Source: Fistulifera solaris (taxonomy: Eukaryota). From it: a DNA stretch of 64,000 nucleotides. The notes below the pieces were generated by a model that did not search any database, was not told the origin of the DNA, and saw nothing but the letters and a program-made list of their open reading frames with translations. The stretch spans positions 434,001 to 498,000 of the forward strand of contig AP026135.1 of NCBI GenBank assembly GCA_030295235.1, read 5' to 3'. A program made the translations under genes and the position numbers. This document shows positions 63,801-64,000 of this stretch, piece after piece. The number at the start of each line of letters is the position of its first letter. The first letter of the stretch is position 1.

Positions 63801-64000
63801 TGATGTCGTAAGACCTCTTCGATTCCGGGAACTGTAATAGGCGGACAAATGATAATTTGCGATCCCGAAGGAAATCGTTTTGTGCGTAAGTACAGATCGA
63901 GAAGAGTCCTAGCAGAAAATCCAGGTATTACTCCAACATTCTTCCCCACACTTTGCTGCCATAAATCAATGATTTCTTGTTCGTAGTAACTAGTATTCGG
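57824..64000 (-). CDS. Multidomain fusion: DegT/DnrJ-type PLP aminotransferase, TM hairpin, fatty acyl-CoA reductase, DHAP acyltransferase (GNPAT-like), alkyl-DHAP synthase (AGPS); 5' end lies beyond the window
   Basis: DegT: IEDCAE, SFGFIKTATALGGG. FAR: LLTGVTGFVG, VYNCAATVSF, HISTAFV, NAYQLSK, IIRPSIV. GNPAT: THRSFFDF, FLEGTRSR, IPITMSYE. AGPS: WGFSD, PDAVVWP, PFGGGTNV, GHQPDSYEFSTLGGW, GMKRTKYGNIED, SHHHGIGK. Domain junctions fall inside ORFs; breaks are short indels and one intron (~60340-60270). Confidence 0.8.

Noticed and set aside
48828..64000. LPAAT plus ether-lipid fusion as a lipid gene cluster
   Set aside because: The LPAAT carries a plastid-type presequence and is separated from the fusion by two unrelated genes; no evidence of linkage.

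Overview
Gene-dense eukaryotic nuclear DNA, most likely from a diatom. Support for this: short GT-AG introns of ~55-165 nt, bipartite plastid presequences with ASAFAP-like cleavage sites (ADA-FLP, ADA-FVN, IHG-FSP), and diatom-style HSF and secreted prolyl-4-hydroxylase genes. About 27 protein-coding genes can be reconstructed; I saw no tRNA, rRNA, CRISPR array or intact transposon. Many conserved genes (POP1, ARP6, DDX11/CHL1, mitochondrial L19, LPAAT) are broken by single-base indels, mostly in homopolymer runs, so these look like unpolished long-read errors rather than pseudogenes. The gene models below are stitched across such breaks by eye. The strongest finding is at 57.8-64 kb on the minus strand: what appears to be one ~2,000+ aa polypeptide fusing a DegT-type PLP aminotransferase, fatty acyl-CoA reductase, DHAP acyltransferase and alkyl-DHAP synthase. 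That is the first three steps of ether-lipid synthesis plus an unexplained aminotransferase that might make amino-ether (alkyl-serinol) lipids. Other candidates: a large NLR-like NB-ARC/TPR protein with a 13-aa Tyr/acidic tandem repeat, two prolyl hydroxylases with pVHL-beta-like domains, a membrane-anchored torsin-like AAA with a degenerate Walker A, a possible silicanin-like membrane protein, and a structured gene-free region at 46.4-47.7 kb. All family assignments come from motif recognition; no database searches were run.
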